Below, one piece after another: positions 35,994 through 46,684 of a stretch of 64,000 nucleotides of DNA (position 1 is its first letter; each line of letters begins with the position of its first letter). A program made the position numbers and the translations under genes. The stretch is taken from the IMG/VR virus record IMGVR_UViG_3300045995_000378. One strand, 5' to 3'. The notes below the pieces were generated by a model that saw only the letters and a list, made by a program, of their open reading frames with translations, had not been told where the DNA came from and did no database searches. Origin of the DNA: a virus.

Positions 35994-38900
35994 TATGCCC
36001 TCGTCGCAGGAAGCCCTTCGGTATCCCACTTTGAGACGATGCCAGCCCTATCAGGTGGCAATCCGTCTTGATCCCAGCGGTCGAATATTTTTGTGGCTTT
36101 CAGGGTATTCTTGGATACGGCATATCCAATAGTTTTTAGTTCTTCTTTTAGGTCATTAATGGCCGCGACCATATCGCTGTTATCAAGAAATGCCTTGCTA
36201 CCAGAATTGCTTATTATAGTACTTGGTTGCGTGTATTCAAGTTCAGGCCCTTGTTCTCCTACTACCCGCCATCCACCCGAAAAATCGCCACCAGAAGCGT
36301 ACCCTTGAACCCTTAGAGATTCTATCATTGTATCGCTATTAGGAAGTAATGTTCCAAGAGGAAACCCATTAGGATAAAAAACTTTGTAATAAAGTTCTGT
36401 CAAAGCCGCAACTGTCCATGATTCAGATACCTTACTTGTTGCCACTGTTGAAGTTGTTGCTGCTGTGTCTGATATGGTTGTCGCCGCTGCCGCTGCTGTA
36501 TCAGAAGCAATAGTTGCTGCCGTAGTAGCAGAAGTAGTAGTAGCTGTGGTAGTAGAAGTATTCGCGGCAATCTCCTGCAAAACCGATAATGATGAAGTTT
36601 GAACAACAAGTGATTTCTCTTCGGTTGTAGTAGTGCCGCCAACGAGGTCTTCTAGCTGGGTAAGGGAATTGTAGGTTTTCCAATAGTTCGCTTGATACTC
36701 TTCCCGGGTGGCAAATCCAGAGGTTGAGCTTGCATTTGATGCGATGGTGGATAAATCCAGGTCGCTGACATTGGTAAAGTTTCCCAGTTTAGCTTCGGCC
36801 AAAACAGTTTTCAGAGCAAGGTATGCCGTAGTCGCTTGCGATTCTGCATATGTCAAACCTTCTAATTCCATAGAATCTTTTGCATCCGATATTGCGGAAA
36901 CCATGTCGTCGAGCATGGTATAAAAAGAATCGGCTGTATCCGCAAGAAGCATCATTGAAACATAGGTACTTTGTCCTGCTTCAGTTGTTAAATCCAGACT
37001 TTCCACCAGCGCTTTATATGCCTCTCGTGTAGCTGGCATGGTCACATCCATGCTGGCAAAAACATCGGTCAGGCTACTTAACAAGTAAGTATATTTTTCC
37101 CCATCCGAGAAAAATTTATCGTAGTAACTCGAAACAGCAGTTGTAAGGGTATCAAGATCGCCCGCAAGCGTAATAAGACTTTCGCTGAAGGCTATCAATT
37201 CAACAGTAGTTCCCGAAAAAGCTTGATTTGTCATATCTAGAGCGTTCAAAATAGCATTTTTATCTGATACAATTCTGACGGCTGTTTCAAGCAGACCTTC
37301 ATCCAGTTCTTGATATTGACTTAATATATCCCCAAAAAGAGCCTCAACGGCGGTATCTGCCAAATTAGAGAAGTATTCACTAATAGCCGTATTCATTTCG
37401 TCTGTTGTCATTCCTTGAAGGCTTAATGTAGCAGCCTCAAAAGTATAATTCAAGGCATCTGTTGTACTTGTTCCTAATTCTCCAGCTAAAGAAACAAGGG
37501 TATCGCCCATGCCTGTAAAAACTTTAGTCAATAATTTATTTACTTCAGCAGATAAGGCTATTCCCTCTTGCCATGTTGTTGTGTCTGTTCCTCCACCAAA
37601 AAGCCAACCTTTATCTGTTTCTGTTTTCATGTCTCGGTATCCGCTAAAAGTCTGCGAACCAGCCTTTCCTGCACCAAACGAGATTCCAGAACCAGTTGAT
37701 GTTGTTGTTGAATCACCACCAGCAAACCAATTAGCGATTGAACCAAAGCCACTCATTGATAAATCCGATAAATAGGAAAACACAGGATCAACTATTTTTG
37801 CGATTGTATTACCAAATATCTGAGTGGCTGCATCACTAACAAAATTATCATCAAAAAATTTAGCCGCAGAACCTTCTAAGTTCGTTTCAGCCGCTGCCCC
37901 AAAAGTTGTCAAACCCATTTTCACAATCCCTGTTACTAATCCTGTGATATTTGTGTTCAGGTCTTTCATCTCATTGTATATTCCAGTTAGTTTTGTGTCC
38001 TCCATATCGTAGGTATCTTTAAGGAGTTCATAGGATCTTGATATAGACTCACTCCCGGTCTGATCCGACGCACCAAGAACGGTGCTGGTTCCGGTATATG
38101 TTTCCGTGTTTGCTGTTGAACCTGCTGAACTGCTACTACCAAATCCGCCAGCTACACCAACTGCGCCCAATACACCCGCAACAATAGCCATCATTGCAGC
38201 TATACGTGCAAAAGCTGTGTATGGTTCCCCCTCTCCTTGAGTTAAAATCGCCTCTGCCGCAGTCAATTCCAAGGAGGCCACCTTCTTGGCCATTGCCGCC
38301 CCGTATGCAGCATTTTGGGCTATCATGTTGGCAAGTAAAGCCACATTCTTGGCTGCTTCCATCGCCATTTCAGCGATTAGAATGCCTTTCTTTAAATCAG
38401 CCAATCTCTTGTATTCAGAGGAGTCCGTATCATACATGGTCATCGCGGCATCGAGAACTTTGCCTGTACCCGCAATTACATCATTCTGTTCTTTATGTTT
38501 GAGATCCCAGACTTCTCCAATGAGTTTTAATTGTTCTTGTGCAGCCTTAGCATTAGCAGCGCCAACGTCCATCAGTGCACCAATTTCCATCTGACGAGTT
38601 TTTTCAATCAAATCCATTTTTTTGGTATAATAGGTATCTGCGTACTTGGTAAGATTAGCGTACTGTTTAGCTACATCAGAAGCATCCTTAGCTAATTCCT
38701 CTGCGGTCTGCTGGCCGGTGATACCCGCAATCTTTGTCTTATCTAATTCAGCTTGTGCGGGAGATATCTTACCACTCAATACTTGTAAGTCAATGAGGGC
38801 TTGTTCGGCCTTAGCCTTAGCATTGATACGATTCATCGCACGTTGGTGGTCGGAAAGTGCTAAGTCTTCATTCGCATCCATCATACGTTGATAAGCTTCA

Positions 38901-41458
38901 AATGATTTTTTCTGTTCCTCGAACTCCTTCTTGTTCGTAGCAACGGCTAATTTCCCAATCTCATCCCATTTTTTCTTTTGTGCATCGTAATTTGCAATGG
39001 TAGCTTTATTTTCTTCTTGCTTATTCCATTCATTGAATTTAGCTACTGCCGTTTGTCGTTCTGGTATAGCTGCTTTCTCTGCTTGAGAAACTGACCATCC
39101 AGCAGTAATATGTGCTTGTTTCTCGGATTCAATAGTTAATAAATCTTGCTCATAGACAGACTTGCCAATTTTTTCACGTTCTAACTGGTTCTTGCGAATG
39201 ATTTCGGTGATTTGCTTTTGGATATCCTCAGCTTTTTTAAGTGCTGCCTCGTCGCCTTTTCCAGGAGATACTCCGGGAACATAACCTGATCCAGCCGCTT
39301 TCTTTGCCGCCTGATATTGTTTATCATATCCAACTATCGCATCAGCAATCCCATCAACAAGAATCTTTCTATTCGCTATGCTTAATTTTTCTACTTCGGA
39401 GAAATTCTTCTTAGCCTCTTCCCATGCCGTTTTCGCAACACTTGTATTCCCAGTTGCAAATGCGCCGATTGCGAGGGTAGCATTGCCAATCATTTTCAAA
39501 AGATTATAAGTAAGAGAAATTGAATTACCTAAAAATTCGCCAATAGGTTTTAAAACAGCAAGGACTCCGCCCCATCCGTAAGCAATAGCACTGACCAACG
39601 GTGGAATATCTTTTAGCAGTGGGCCAAATCCTTTGAGAACACCCCACACTGCTCCAATAGCATCAGCAATAGCACTTATAGATGCTCTAAAATACACACC
39701 TATCAATGGTGCATTTTCCCTTGCCCATCCAACTAATTCCTGCCCACTGGTAACTAACCCCTTATAGAAATCAGCAAATATTTCTGTTTGTAAAATCATC
39801 CATGTTGTTTTAAGTGAAGAACTTGTAGCTTCCCATGTTTTTTGAATATCACCAGAAGCAGCCGCAATACCAACCAAGTATGGGCTTATCCTTTCCAACC
39901 AATCGTTATGCTTTGCAGCTTCAATATTCAACCCAGCAAGCCCATCCTTATAATCACCTTGCCGCCTAATTTGTGTGTCAACCATTTTGGCAATTTTGTT
40001 CCGAGTGGATACTGTACCATCCAATAACGCATTAGTTTCTTGCGATGATTGTTGCTCTTTGCTTTGACCAGCAGTGTACATAGCAATTGCATTAGAAAGA
40101 GCGGTTGCAGCTACCACCTGTTTCTTATTGCTACCATCAAGAATAACGCCATGCATCGCAAGGGCATTATTCATATTGTTGACCTGTTCAAGGTTCATCA
40201 ACGAAGCGGCATCTATTTGCATTAAAACAGGAACAAGGGCTTTTGCGTAGCCAAGGTTATTCTTATAATTCTCTGCTATATTGCCAGTAGTACCTTGCAA
40301 ATTTGTTATTGTTGCAGCAACAGTCACAGCAGATAATTGCATTTTATCAATGGTTTCTACCCCAGACATGAACGCTCTGCCAACTACTCCAACAACAGTA
40401 GATATAACATAATACGCCGCATAGAATCTCAGCACCGCACGAGTCATCGATGCCATCGACATCTCATGCTGGCCGGTCATCTCCCTGTTCAATTCCTTCA
40501 ATTTCTCATTCTTGGCGCGTTCGATTCTAACCCAGTCATCCGAGCTTTTGCCGACTATGGCTTGCTGTGCGGTGGCGGCATTCTGGACATCGGATATGCG
40601 TTGCTTGACATCAGCGGCGGATTTCATGCCGAGGGTGTTATAATGTTCATTGGTAGCTGCAATCTTGTCCGATGTCGCCTTCTTGGTACGTTCAACATCA
40701 TCCTTGGTAGCCTGAATCTGCATCAAACCTTGTTCTCTGGTACGCTTGGCATTTTCAGCCCATGCTTCCGATTTGGTGGCTTCCATCTTCTTCTGCCATT
40801 CCATTTCGGTCATTATACCTTGGGCTTGAGCCTCTTGGAGGGTTTTGGTTTCTTTAGCACGCATTGCAGAAGCTTCAAGTTGCATTAAGCCTTGTGCCCG
40901 TATCTTTTCCTGTGCGGCTATTATTTCATTTGCAGCATTCTTGGCAGAAGCAACCGCCTTCGCATCATTGGCTATTTTTACCGCCATGTACTCGTTATCC
41001 AAAGCGGTTAGTTTAGCAGTTGTAGCTACTTCAATGGCTTCAATATCACGAGCATTGCCCGCAGCCGCAGCTCTTTCCATCTTATAGACTTCCATGATAG
41101 CAAGCCGTTCTTGGTTAAGCTGTTCTGTCGAACGGATACCCAACATAGATAATCCGGGGGATGCAGCCATTTGTTGATTAAGTGCATTAATTTTGGCAAC
41201 CATTGAGGCTTGAGCACGATATTGTTCAGCAGCAGAGGCATTGGCAGAGGCAGATATTTTCTCGTAAGCCTTGATAGCTAAGTTAGCCATCATTTGGTAG
41301 GTCTGGTCAGCAGTGACACCAAGTTTCTGAAAACTGTACTGTAGAGCTTTATCAGCCTTAGAACCGATTAATTCAATATCCTTGAGAATGGTTTCTTGCT
41401 TGGATTTGAATTTACTGAGGTCGATGTCAAGTTCCGTAAAAATTGAGGCTACAGCCAT
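35993..41458 (-). CDS. tail length tape measure protein (1821 aa)
   Basis: very long Ala/Lys/Glu-rich coiled-coil protein with hydrophobic central segments, downstream of chaperone-like genes. Confidence 0.75.
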   Translation of the reverse strand: MAVASIFTELDIDLSKFKSKQETILKDIELIGSKADKALQYSFQKLGVTADQTYQMMANLAIKAYEKISASANASAAEQYRAQASMVAKINALNQQMAASPGLSMLGIRSTEQLNQERLAIMEVYKMERAAAAGNARDIEAIEVATTAKLTALDNEYMAVKIANDAKAVASAKNAANEIIAAQEKIRAQGLMQLEASAMRAKETKTLQEAQAQGIMTEMEWQKKMEATKSEAWAENAKRTREQGLMQIQATKDDVERTKKATSDKIAATNEHYNTLGMKSAADVKQRISDVQNAATAQQAIVGKSSDDWVRIERAKNEKLKELNREMTGQHEMSMASMTRAVLRFYAAYYVISTVVGVVGRAFMSGVETIDKMQLSAVTVAATITNLQGTTGNIAENYKNNLGYAKALVPVLMQIDAASLMNLEQVNNMNNALAMHGVILDGSNKKQVVAATALSNAIAMYTAGQSKEQQSSQETNALLDGTVSTRNKIAKMVDTQIRRQGDYKDGLAGLNIEAAKHNDWLERISPYLVGIAAASGDIQKTWEATSSSLKTTWMILQTEIFADFYKGLVTSGQELVGWARENAPLIGVYFRASISAIADAIGAVWGVLKGFGPLLKDIPPLVSAIAYGWGGVLAVLKPIGEFLGNSISLTYNLLKMIGNATLAIGAFATGNTSVAKTAWEEAKKNFSEVEKLSIANRKILVDGIADAIVGYDKQYQAAKKAAGSGYVPGVSPGKGDEAALKKAEDIQKQITEIIRKNQLEREKIGKSVYEQDLLTIESEKQAHITAGWSVSQAEKAAIPERQTAVAKFNEWNKQEENKATIANYDAQKKKWDEIGKLAVATNKKEFEEQKKSFEAYQRMMDANEDLALSDHQRAMNRINAKAKAEQALIDLQVLSGKISPAQAELDKTKIAGITGQQTAEELAKDASDVAKQYANLTKYADTYYTKKMDLIEKTRQMEIGALMDVGAANAKAAQEQLKLIGEVWDLKHKEQNDVIAGTGKVLDAAMTMYDTDSSEYKRLADLKKGILIAEMAMEAAKNVALLANMIAQNAAYGAAMAKKVASLELTAAEAILTQGEGEPYTAFARIAAMMAIVAGVLGAVGVAGGFGSSSSAGSTANTETYTGTSTVLGASDQTGSESISRSYELLKDTYDMEDTKLTGIYNEMKDLNTNITGLVTGIVKMGLTTFGAAAETNLEGSAAKFFDDNFVSDAATQIFGNTIAKIVDPVFSYLSDLSMSGFGSIANWFAGGDSTTTSTGSGISFGAGKAGSQTFSGYRDMKTETDKGWLFGGGTDTTTWQEGIALSAEVNKLLTKVFTGMGDTLVSLAGELGTSTTDALNYTFEAATLSLQGMTTDEMNTAISEYFSNLADTAVEALFGDILSQYQELDEGLLETAVRIVSDKNAILNALDMTNQAFSGTTVELIAFSESLITLAGDLDTLTTAVSSYYDKFFSDGEKYTYLLSSLTDVFASMDVTMPATREAYKALVESLDLTTEAGQSTYVSMMLLADTADSFYTMLDDMVSAISDAKDSMELEGLTYAESQATTAYLALKTVLAEAKLGNFTNVSDLDLSTIASNASSTSGFATREEYQANYWKTYNSLTQLEDLVGGTTTTEEKSLVVQTSSLSVLQEIAANTSTTTATTTSATTAATIASDTAAAAATTISDTAATTSTVATSKVSESWTVAALTELYYKVFYPNGFPLGTLLPNSDTMIESLRVQGYASGGDFSGGWRVVGEQGPELEYTQPSTIISNSGSKAFLDNSDMVAAINDLKEELKTIGYAVSKNTLKATKIFDRWDQDGLPPDRAGIVSKWDTEGLPATRA

Positions 41459-41462
41459 TTTG

Positions 41463-42959
41463 CTACCTCTTCATCTCAGGTTCTTTAAGCATCTCTTCTT
41501 CGATCCGCGCCTGGGCAGTACCTTTGATTGCCAAAAAAGCTGGCCTCATGAATGGTTGCTTCTTTGAATGAGAAGTTCCGAACTCAACAAAAGAATTTGA
41601 CACAACAATACCGCTTGCAATGAAAGAATGAACATCTTTTATAGAAAGATCATATAGGCTTATGTCGCTTTCGCTGGCATCAACAATCTCTTTTTTCACA
41701 ATCTTTCTGGCCTCAAAATAGGTCATATCAACAAAACTATTCATTGAATTATTGCATTGCATATAACGCACACCAGGAATCGGGGACGGATTAATGGATT
41801 TACTGAATCGCCTGTCTGTAAAATGAATATGAACGATATCCCACCCCGGAAGAAGGTTAATGATTTCTTTATCCCTCTCAATATCTATTGCCTGATTTGA
41901 ATGCCAGAATGCACCATCGGCCTCAATAAGCATTTTCTTTTCTGGAATAGCGAAGTCTGCAAAATGATTGCCGACCTTAAATTGACGTTCATATTGCAAG
42001 CCAGTTAATCCAATCCATTCCTCAACCTGCTTTTCGGAACTCGTTTGGAACCCACGTTGAGACATGATTCTGTTGGGATGTGTTTCAGGTCTTGCTACCA
42101 TCCTTGCTGTCGTTACTTCATGCATTAGCTGCCTTGTTGAATCCGTTCTTTTTGAGCCAATATGGGGATTATTTCCTTTCACCCAATATTCATCCCTGCA
42201 TTGCACGGAGCAATATTTCTTCCCTTGGCTATCTTGCCGAGTAAACTCTTTTTGGCAATTAACACAAACTCTTTTCTTCCCTTTCCCCTTATCAGGCGAA
42301 ATCTTTTTAGGACAAAATACATAATCGCCTTCTTGTAATTCACCAGCTTTTACCCAAAATGAAACACCGTCTTTTATGGTTAATATTTTATGGTCATCAG
42401 TTACAGTTAAAGTGTGTTTTCTATCTGATCGCCACTCCACAGTTAGTCGAACAAGGTTCGGTTTTTGCTTCGCAGGAAATGAACTTTTCAAGAGAACTTC
42501 GTGTGGCATCCCGTCTTGTCCAATTACAAGATCACCTTCTTTTATTGAACTTATTGCCTTGAATCCACAGGATGTCTTGATTGTTGTCCCTGGCCCATAA
42601 ATACAAGCGTAAAATCGCGTCGCCGATCCTGCATAAACTCGAATATTCCCTGGCCGGTCGTTCTTCTCAACCTTACGAATAGTATCTCGTAGACTTCCAG
42701 CAGTACGGCCCATCTCTGTTTTTGCGATAAAGTTGACATGCTTCCCACGACCTCTACCAGTTTTGGGAGTGAACATAACATCTCGCATTACGGTCCCATA
42801 GCCTCGATAAGTAGTGCCAATTGCTACATCTTTTTTAGTGGGGCATCGCCTATAAGCATCGGCGGCGACATCGGCCATAACCTTATTCGCACCAATGATA
42901 GCAAGGTCGGCTATGTTCTGGAAGACTTCTTTAATTTTCAGGCCAACTACCCGTGCCAT
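41463..42959 (-). CDS. HK97 gp10-like tail/neck protein interrupted by an intein
   Basis: exteins join to ...TIKTS/SFVEFGTSHSKKQPFMRPAF (gp10-family vEfGT..PflrPAf motif). Confidence 0.6.
   Translation of the reverse strand: MARVVGLKIKEVFQNIADLAIIGANKVMADVAADAYRRCPTKKDVAIGTTYRGYGTVMRDVMFTPKTGRGRGKHVNFIAKTEMGRTAGSLRDTIRKVEKNDRPGNIRVYAGSATRFYACIYGPGTTIKTSCGFKAISSIKEGDLVIGQDGMPHEVLLKSSFPAKQKPNLVRLTVEWRSDRKHTLTVTDDHKILTIKDGVSFWVKAGELQEGDYVFCPKKISPDKGKGKKRVCVNCQKEFTRQDSQGKKYCSVQCRDEYWVKGNNPHIGSKRTDSTRQLMHEVTTARMVARPETHPNRIMSQRGFQTSSEKQVEEWIGLTGLQYERQFKVGNHFADFAIPEKKMLIEADGAFWHSNQAIDIERDKEIINLLPGWDIVHIHFTDRRFSKSINPSPIPGVRYMQCNNSMNSFVDMTYFEARKIVKKEIVDASESDISLYDLSIKDVHSFIASGIVVSNSFVEFGTSHSKKQPFMRPAFLAIKGTAQARIEEEMLKEPEMKR
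41595..42569 (-). mobile_element. intein (~325 aa) with embedded endonuclease domain
   Basis: Cys1 (CGFKAISS), block B TVTDDHKILT (TxxH), blocks F/G LYDLSIKDVHSFIASGIVVSN followed by Ser; internal zinc finger and GNHFADF...IEADGAFWH endonuclease-like motif. Confidence 0.7.
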
Positions 42960-42961
42960 CG

Positions 42962-43309
42962 TTAACCCTCGCTATCCCTCTTCAACTGTTGTGAAGTGTG
43001 CCATGCTCTGAGTACCCGGTTGAATGTTCCCCACTCATCCTGAATCCCCCCCGGAAACTTCTTAATCGCTTTCCAGAGTGATGGATGGTGGAGGTCGATT
43101 TCAACATCCTTTTCACCATCCCAACGAACTTCGCACTGGCTACGGGTCATCAGGAATATCTTAGCTGCAACCTCATTCTCCTGTAACAACCCTACCCGAG
43201 CCCGCTTGCGTTCGTCGGTACAGGTATCACATATCGCCTCTTGCGGCGGGTTACGGGCTGCAAACATTGCCGTGCATTGAGTGGGACAGTAGGGGTTATT
43301 GCCCCCCAC
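42962..43309 (-). CDS. hypothetical protein (115 aa) between major tail protein and tape measure protein
   Basis: position. Confidence 0.35.
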   Translation of the reverse strand: MGGNNPYCPTQCTAMFAARNPPQEAICDTCTDERKRARVGLLQENEVAAKIFLMTRSQCEVRWDGEKDVEIDLHHPSLWKAIKKFPGGIQDEWGTFNRVLRAWHTSQQLKRDSEG

Positions 43310-43311
43310 GA

Positions 43312-43782
43312 CTATATAACTGCACCACTCACAGAGTTTTTTTCAACTTGCTCCTTAACCCCGGAACTCGAAAGAAGCTGCTGGCACCGGGCAAAGAACC
43401 TGTCGAATACCGGAACCTTCATTAAAGCCAACTTATTCTCGCGAGTGCAAATAATAATCTTTCCAGTCTTGGAATCTTTGATCCCCTCAATACCGGTGAT
43501 AGCGAAATCAAAGGCATCGTCACGTTCGGCCCTGGATTCCTCAACTGACAATTCAGCGTAGAAAGATATCCTTTCCATCTGCCGAGTTTTGGGGTTCATA
43601 ACGTGTTCAGCCTGGCGCTTACGTTTGGCTATCCGAACCTCGAAAAACGGTGTCATAGATCGAATCTGAACCCTACCATCTGTATCAGGATCATCAAACA
43701 CCGGCTCCCCGGTTAAGGGGTCTATTTTGGAATTCTGAAAAGGAAACCATTCACCCTGTGTGGCATCAAGATCAATGAACAT
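43312..43782 (-). CDS. putative tail assembly chaperone
   Basis: acidic protein immediately downstream of the major tail protein. Confidence 0.35.
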   Translation of the reverse strand: MFIDLDATQGEWFPFQNSKIDPLTGEPVFDDPDTDGRVQIRSMTPFFEVRIAKRKRQAEHVMNPKTRQMERISFYAELSVEESRAERDDAFDFAITGIEGIKDSKTGKIIICTRENKLALMKVPVFDRFFARCQQLLSSSGVKEQVEKNSVSGAVI

Positions 43783-43872
43783 AACTCACCCATCTGTTCT
43801 TTCTGGCAATCAAGCCCACTAAAGGAGACCATGCACAATTACATGGTCTCCCGAGTTAAGGTACTATTACTA

Positions 43873-44301
43873 CTACGTTCCCGTGCCAACCTGCTCCATT
43901 GCCTGACTGGACACCTGTCCGCTGAAGGAAATGGTGCCGAAGTTATTCCGGGGAAGGGTGACAGCGTTAGCCTTGGTAACGATGATGTACCCACCAGATG
44001 CTACCCGCCAGAACGTCGAGGTATTGGCATAGAGGTAGAGATTGGTCAGGTGCGTACCTGCCTGGCAAAGAGTAGAAAGAGCAAGCTGTCCCGTGGTATC
44101 GGTAGGATCATAGTTGCCATTGAACTCCATCGTCCCTGCTTCGCCTAACTCCGCCACTTCATAAACTTTAGTTCCCGTGTCGCCAAACGCGGTGGGTGCC
44201 GAAGTTACTGGTAGACTAAATCCACTCATTGACCACGACACCATATTGGCTACCACCGTGCTACCATACATAACTTTTCCATTAACTCCTGAAATTTTCA
44301 T
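43873..44301 (-). CDS. major tail protein (gpV/TP901-like N-terminal domain)
   Basis: MKISGVNGKVMYGSTVVANMVSWSMSGFS pattern; GGAGG SD; upstream of chaperone-like genes and the tape measure protein. Confidence 0.5.
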   Translation of the reverse strand: MKISGVNGKVMYGSTVVANMVSWSMSGFSLPVTSAPTAFGDTGTKVYEVAELGEAGTMEFNGNYDPTDTTGQLALSTLCQAGTHLTNLYLYANTSTFWRVASGGYIIVTKANAVTLPRNNFGTISFSGQVSSQAMEQVGTGT

Positions 44302-44334
44302 TTTGAAATCCTCCTTGTTTACCGAGGACAATAA

Positions 44335-44398
44335 AAAATGCCCCGGAAATTGAATTATTACCAATTTCAGCGGGGCATGTGCGCGGCTGACTATCAGA
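44335..44398 (-). terminator. stable hairpin plus T-run on the minus strand, 35 nt upstream of the major tail protein start
   Basis: ATGCCCCG-CT-GAAATTG-loop-CAATTTC-CGGGGCAT followed by TTTTTTATT on the minus strand. Confidence 0.5.
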
Positions 44399-44530
44399 CT
44401 ATGCGTCTTTCGAGGGATAGCCTGAGTATTTGATTGCTATCTTACTTTTTTTCTAAAAAATCTTCAAGTAATTTTACAAACATTTTCACACATCGTACAA
44501 ATATTTGCAATAATTCTTTTGCGTCATCAC

Positions 44531-45877
44531 TCATGTTACTTGTTCCTCGTCAAATGGTGCTGCTGAAGTCATAAATTCTCGTATCTGTTCTAACCGTTCC
44601 TCAGCATCGGGGGATAAGCCTAATGCGGTGGAATCTAATTTCCATTTTGCGCTAAATCGGTCATGAAGTATCTTGTAATTAGCACAAAATTGTTCTGATG
44701 GACTCCACGTAAACGGTCTCATACAATAATGTTCACAAAAACAATCAATTACCCACGATGTTTGGTTAGCTTCCCATGCCTGCAAGCAACAAAGTGTACC
44801 ATAAAGGTCAAATCCAGTTAATGATTCATCGAACCTAAATCCCTTCTTCATATTGACGATTATCACTGCCTCGTCAAAACAACAAGCTTCGTGGGGAAAG
44901 GAATGGATATCGGAGGTATTGAAATAGTCTGGGATTCGCATGTCGTGAAATTTGCCACAGACCAAACCACTTGCATCTTTACCTATAACTCCCGCAACAA
45001 CCCAGGACTCTGGTAACATTTTGATTTGATAACGTAGCTGGTCTACCCAACCAGATCGAAAATACATATCCTGATGTACCAGCACGCAGATATCGGCACT
45101 TTCCAATTCGGCCTTATCTAATAGTATGTTTAACCCTTTGGTAGCCGATTCAGGATTCTGGATAAACATTAGAGGACTATTGATCTGAGATTGGCGGAGT
45201 ACCATTGAAAACCTTTGGGGATTGTTAATCATGCAACCAAATACTACTTTTGGATGATTGTGATCCCATCGTTCTGGTTCGTAATAATTGAATAAGGCAT
45301 AGAGGTCAGGGCGGTAAACTATCTTCTCGCGAGCGTCTTTATAATCTACCGCTAACTCCCCGTCCCAGCAATGAGAGTTTTCATTGTGGAGGTGCCGTTT
45401 GAATAGTATACCTTTCACAAATGACTGTTGGGCGGAGATGCTACCTAATTCTACATTCTTAGGATCAGCAAATAATGTATCGGTGGGGTAATCTCGTGGT
45501 GGCTTTACCCCCTTTGGTATCCGGTGGCCGCGCTTCATGCTAATAATTACAATGTCGTCATCCATCTTGCGGATCTCGTCCATGACATTCGGTTCGTACA
45601 TATCATCATCATCAACTGTTACATAGTAGTCGTCGTCAATGATACGATAATTATTAATGAACTTATTACGCTTGAAGCATCCCGGCATCATTACCTTACA
45701 ATCAGAAGCCTTGCCGGGGATGGCAACAGGATAAATAAAGTCTTCATTGCTAAAATCAACCAGTTCATCCTCAAACATAATCGGATGCAGGATTACCCCC
45801 ATTGGCCGGTAAGCCTCAATGAGTTTATCCTTGTTCTCGGGGCGACTGAATGGGATGATAAGGTGTATTTGGTGCAT
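44531..45877 (-). CDS. two-domain glycosyltransferase-like protein (448 aa)
   Basis: N-terminal IIPFSRPEN (GT2-like), second half with DXD-like acidic motifs. Confidence 0.4.
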   Translation of the reverse strand: MHQIHLIIPFSRPENKDKLIEAYRPMGVILHPIMFEDELVDFSNEDFIYPVAIPGKASDCKVMMPGCFKRNKFINNYRIIDDDYYVTVDDDDMYEPNVMDEIRKMDDDIVIISMKRGHRIPKGVKPPRDYPTDTLFADPKNVELGSISAQQSFVKGILFKRHLHNENSHCWDGELAVDYKDAREKIVYRPDLYALFNYYEPERWDHNHPKVVFGCMINNPQRFSMVLRQSQINSPLMFIQNPESATKGLNILLDKAELESADICVLVHQDMYFRSGWVDQLRYQIKMLPESWVVAGVIGKDASGLVCGKFHDMRIPDYFNTSDIHSFPHEACCFDEAVIIVNMKKGFRFDESLTGFDLYGTLCCLQAWEANQTSWVIDCFCEHYCMRPFTWSPSEQFCANYKILHDRFSAKWKLDSTALGLSPDAEERLEQIREFMTSAAPFDEEQVT

Positions 45878-45889
45878 GTGTTTCCTTTC

Positions 45890-46684
45890 TTACTCGTTAA
45901 TTGCCTGTAATAAGGGCATGTGACATTCAATTCGTTTTCTGATTATGTCGCAATAGGTGGCATCCTTTTCAATCAGGATGTATTTTCTATTCGTGTTTAG
46001 ACAGGCCACACCGGTTGTGCCGCTACCCGCGAAAGGGTCAAGAACCGTGTCGCCTGCGTTGCTCCATGAAAGAATGTGGTCGGTGGCGAGTCGTTCAGGG
46101 AACATGGCCGGATGCTGATAAGCCTCCTTGCACGTCGTTCCTTTTCCGTATCCGGTGCTATATGCCCATATATTTTTACGCTTCCCGAAAGCCGCTATCA
46201 CCACGGGATTCCTTTTCGATGTGCTCCCGTCCGCGTTTCTGACCGTTTTGCTTGATACTGTTTTCCCTCCTTGAGAGTTTGCCCGGTCACTTATCATATA
46301 TGCCGTTTTTGGTTTTCCTTTACTCAACACAAACATATATTCAAAACACGACCAATATCGGTTATGATTAGGCTTCTGGAAAGAATCTTTTTCAAAAATC
46401 ATCGTATCGTGAAGGTTAAAACCAAACTCCTTGAAGTAAAGTGCCTGTTTGAATGATGTCCCCGTTTCGCTCCCGTTGATTGTGGCATCGCCTACTACCC
46501 AGACCACCACACCGCCGTCTTTCGTAACCCTGTAAAGTTCTTTAGCTATCCCCTCAAAATCAAAGGTAGAATTGCCGTTATAGGTTCGCAGATTGTCATA
46601 GGGCGGAGATGTCACCGTCAGGTCAATGGACTTATCGGGCAAAGTCGGCATTATGGTTAAGCAATCACCTTCGTACAGCATCAC
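45890..46684 (-). CDS. DNA methyltransferase (N4/N6 family, pfam01555-like)
   Basis: VTSPPYD and DPFAGSGTT motifs. Confidence 0.8.
   Translation of the reverse strand: MMLYEGDCLTIMPTLPDKSIDLTVTSPPYDNLRTYNGNSTFDFEGIAKELYRVTKDGGVVVWVVGDATINGSETGTSFKQALYFKEFGFNLHDTMIFEKDSFQKPNHNRYWSCFEYMFVLSKGKPKTAYMISDRANSQGGKTVSSKTVRNADGSTSKRNPVVIAAFGKRKNIWAYSTGYGKGTTCKEAYQHPAMFPERLATDHILSWSNAGDTVLDPFAGSGTTGVACLNTNRKYILIEKDATYCDIIRKRIECHMPLLQAINE

Noticed and set aside
38194-41087. Several plus-strand ORFs inside the tape measure gene (for example 38194..38502, 40337..40888)
   Set aside because: Antisense to a 1821-codon uninterrupted ORF. Typical spurious frames in GC-skewed coding DNA.
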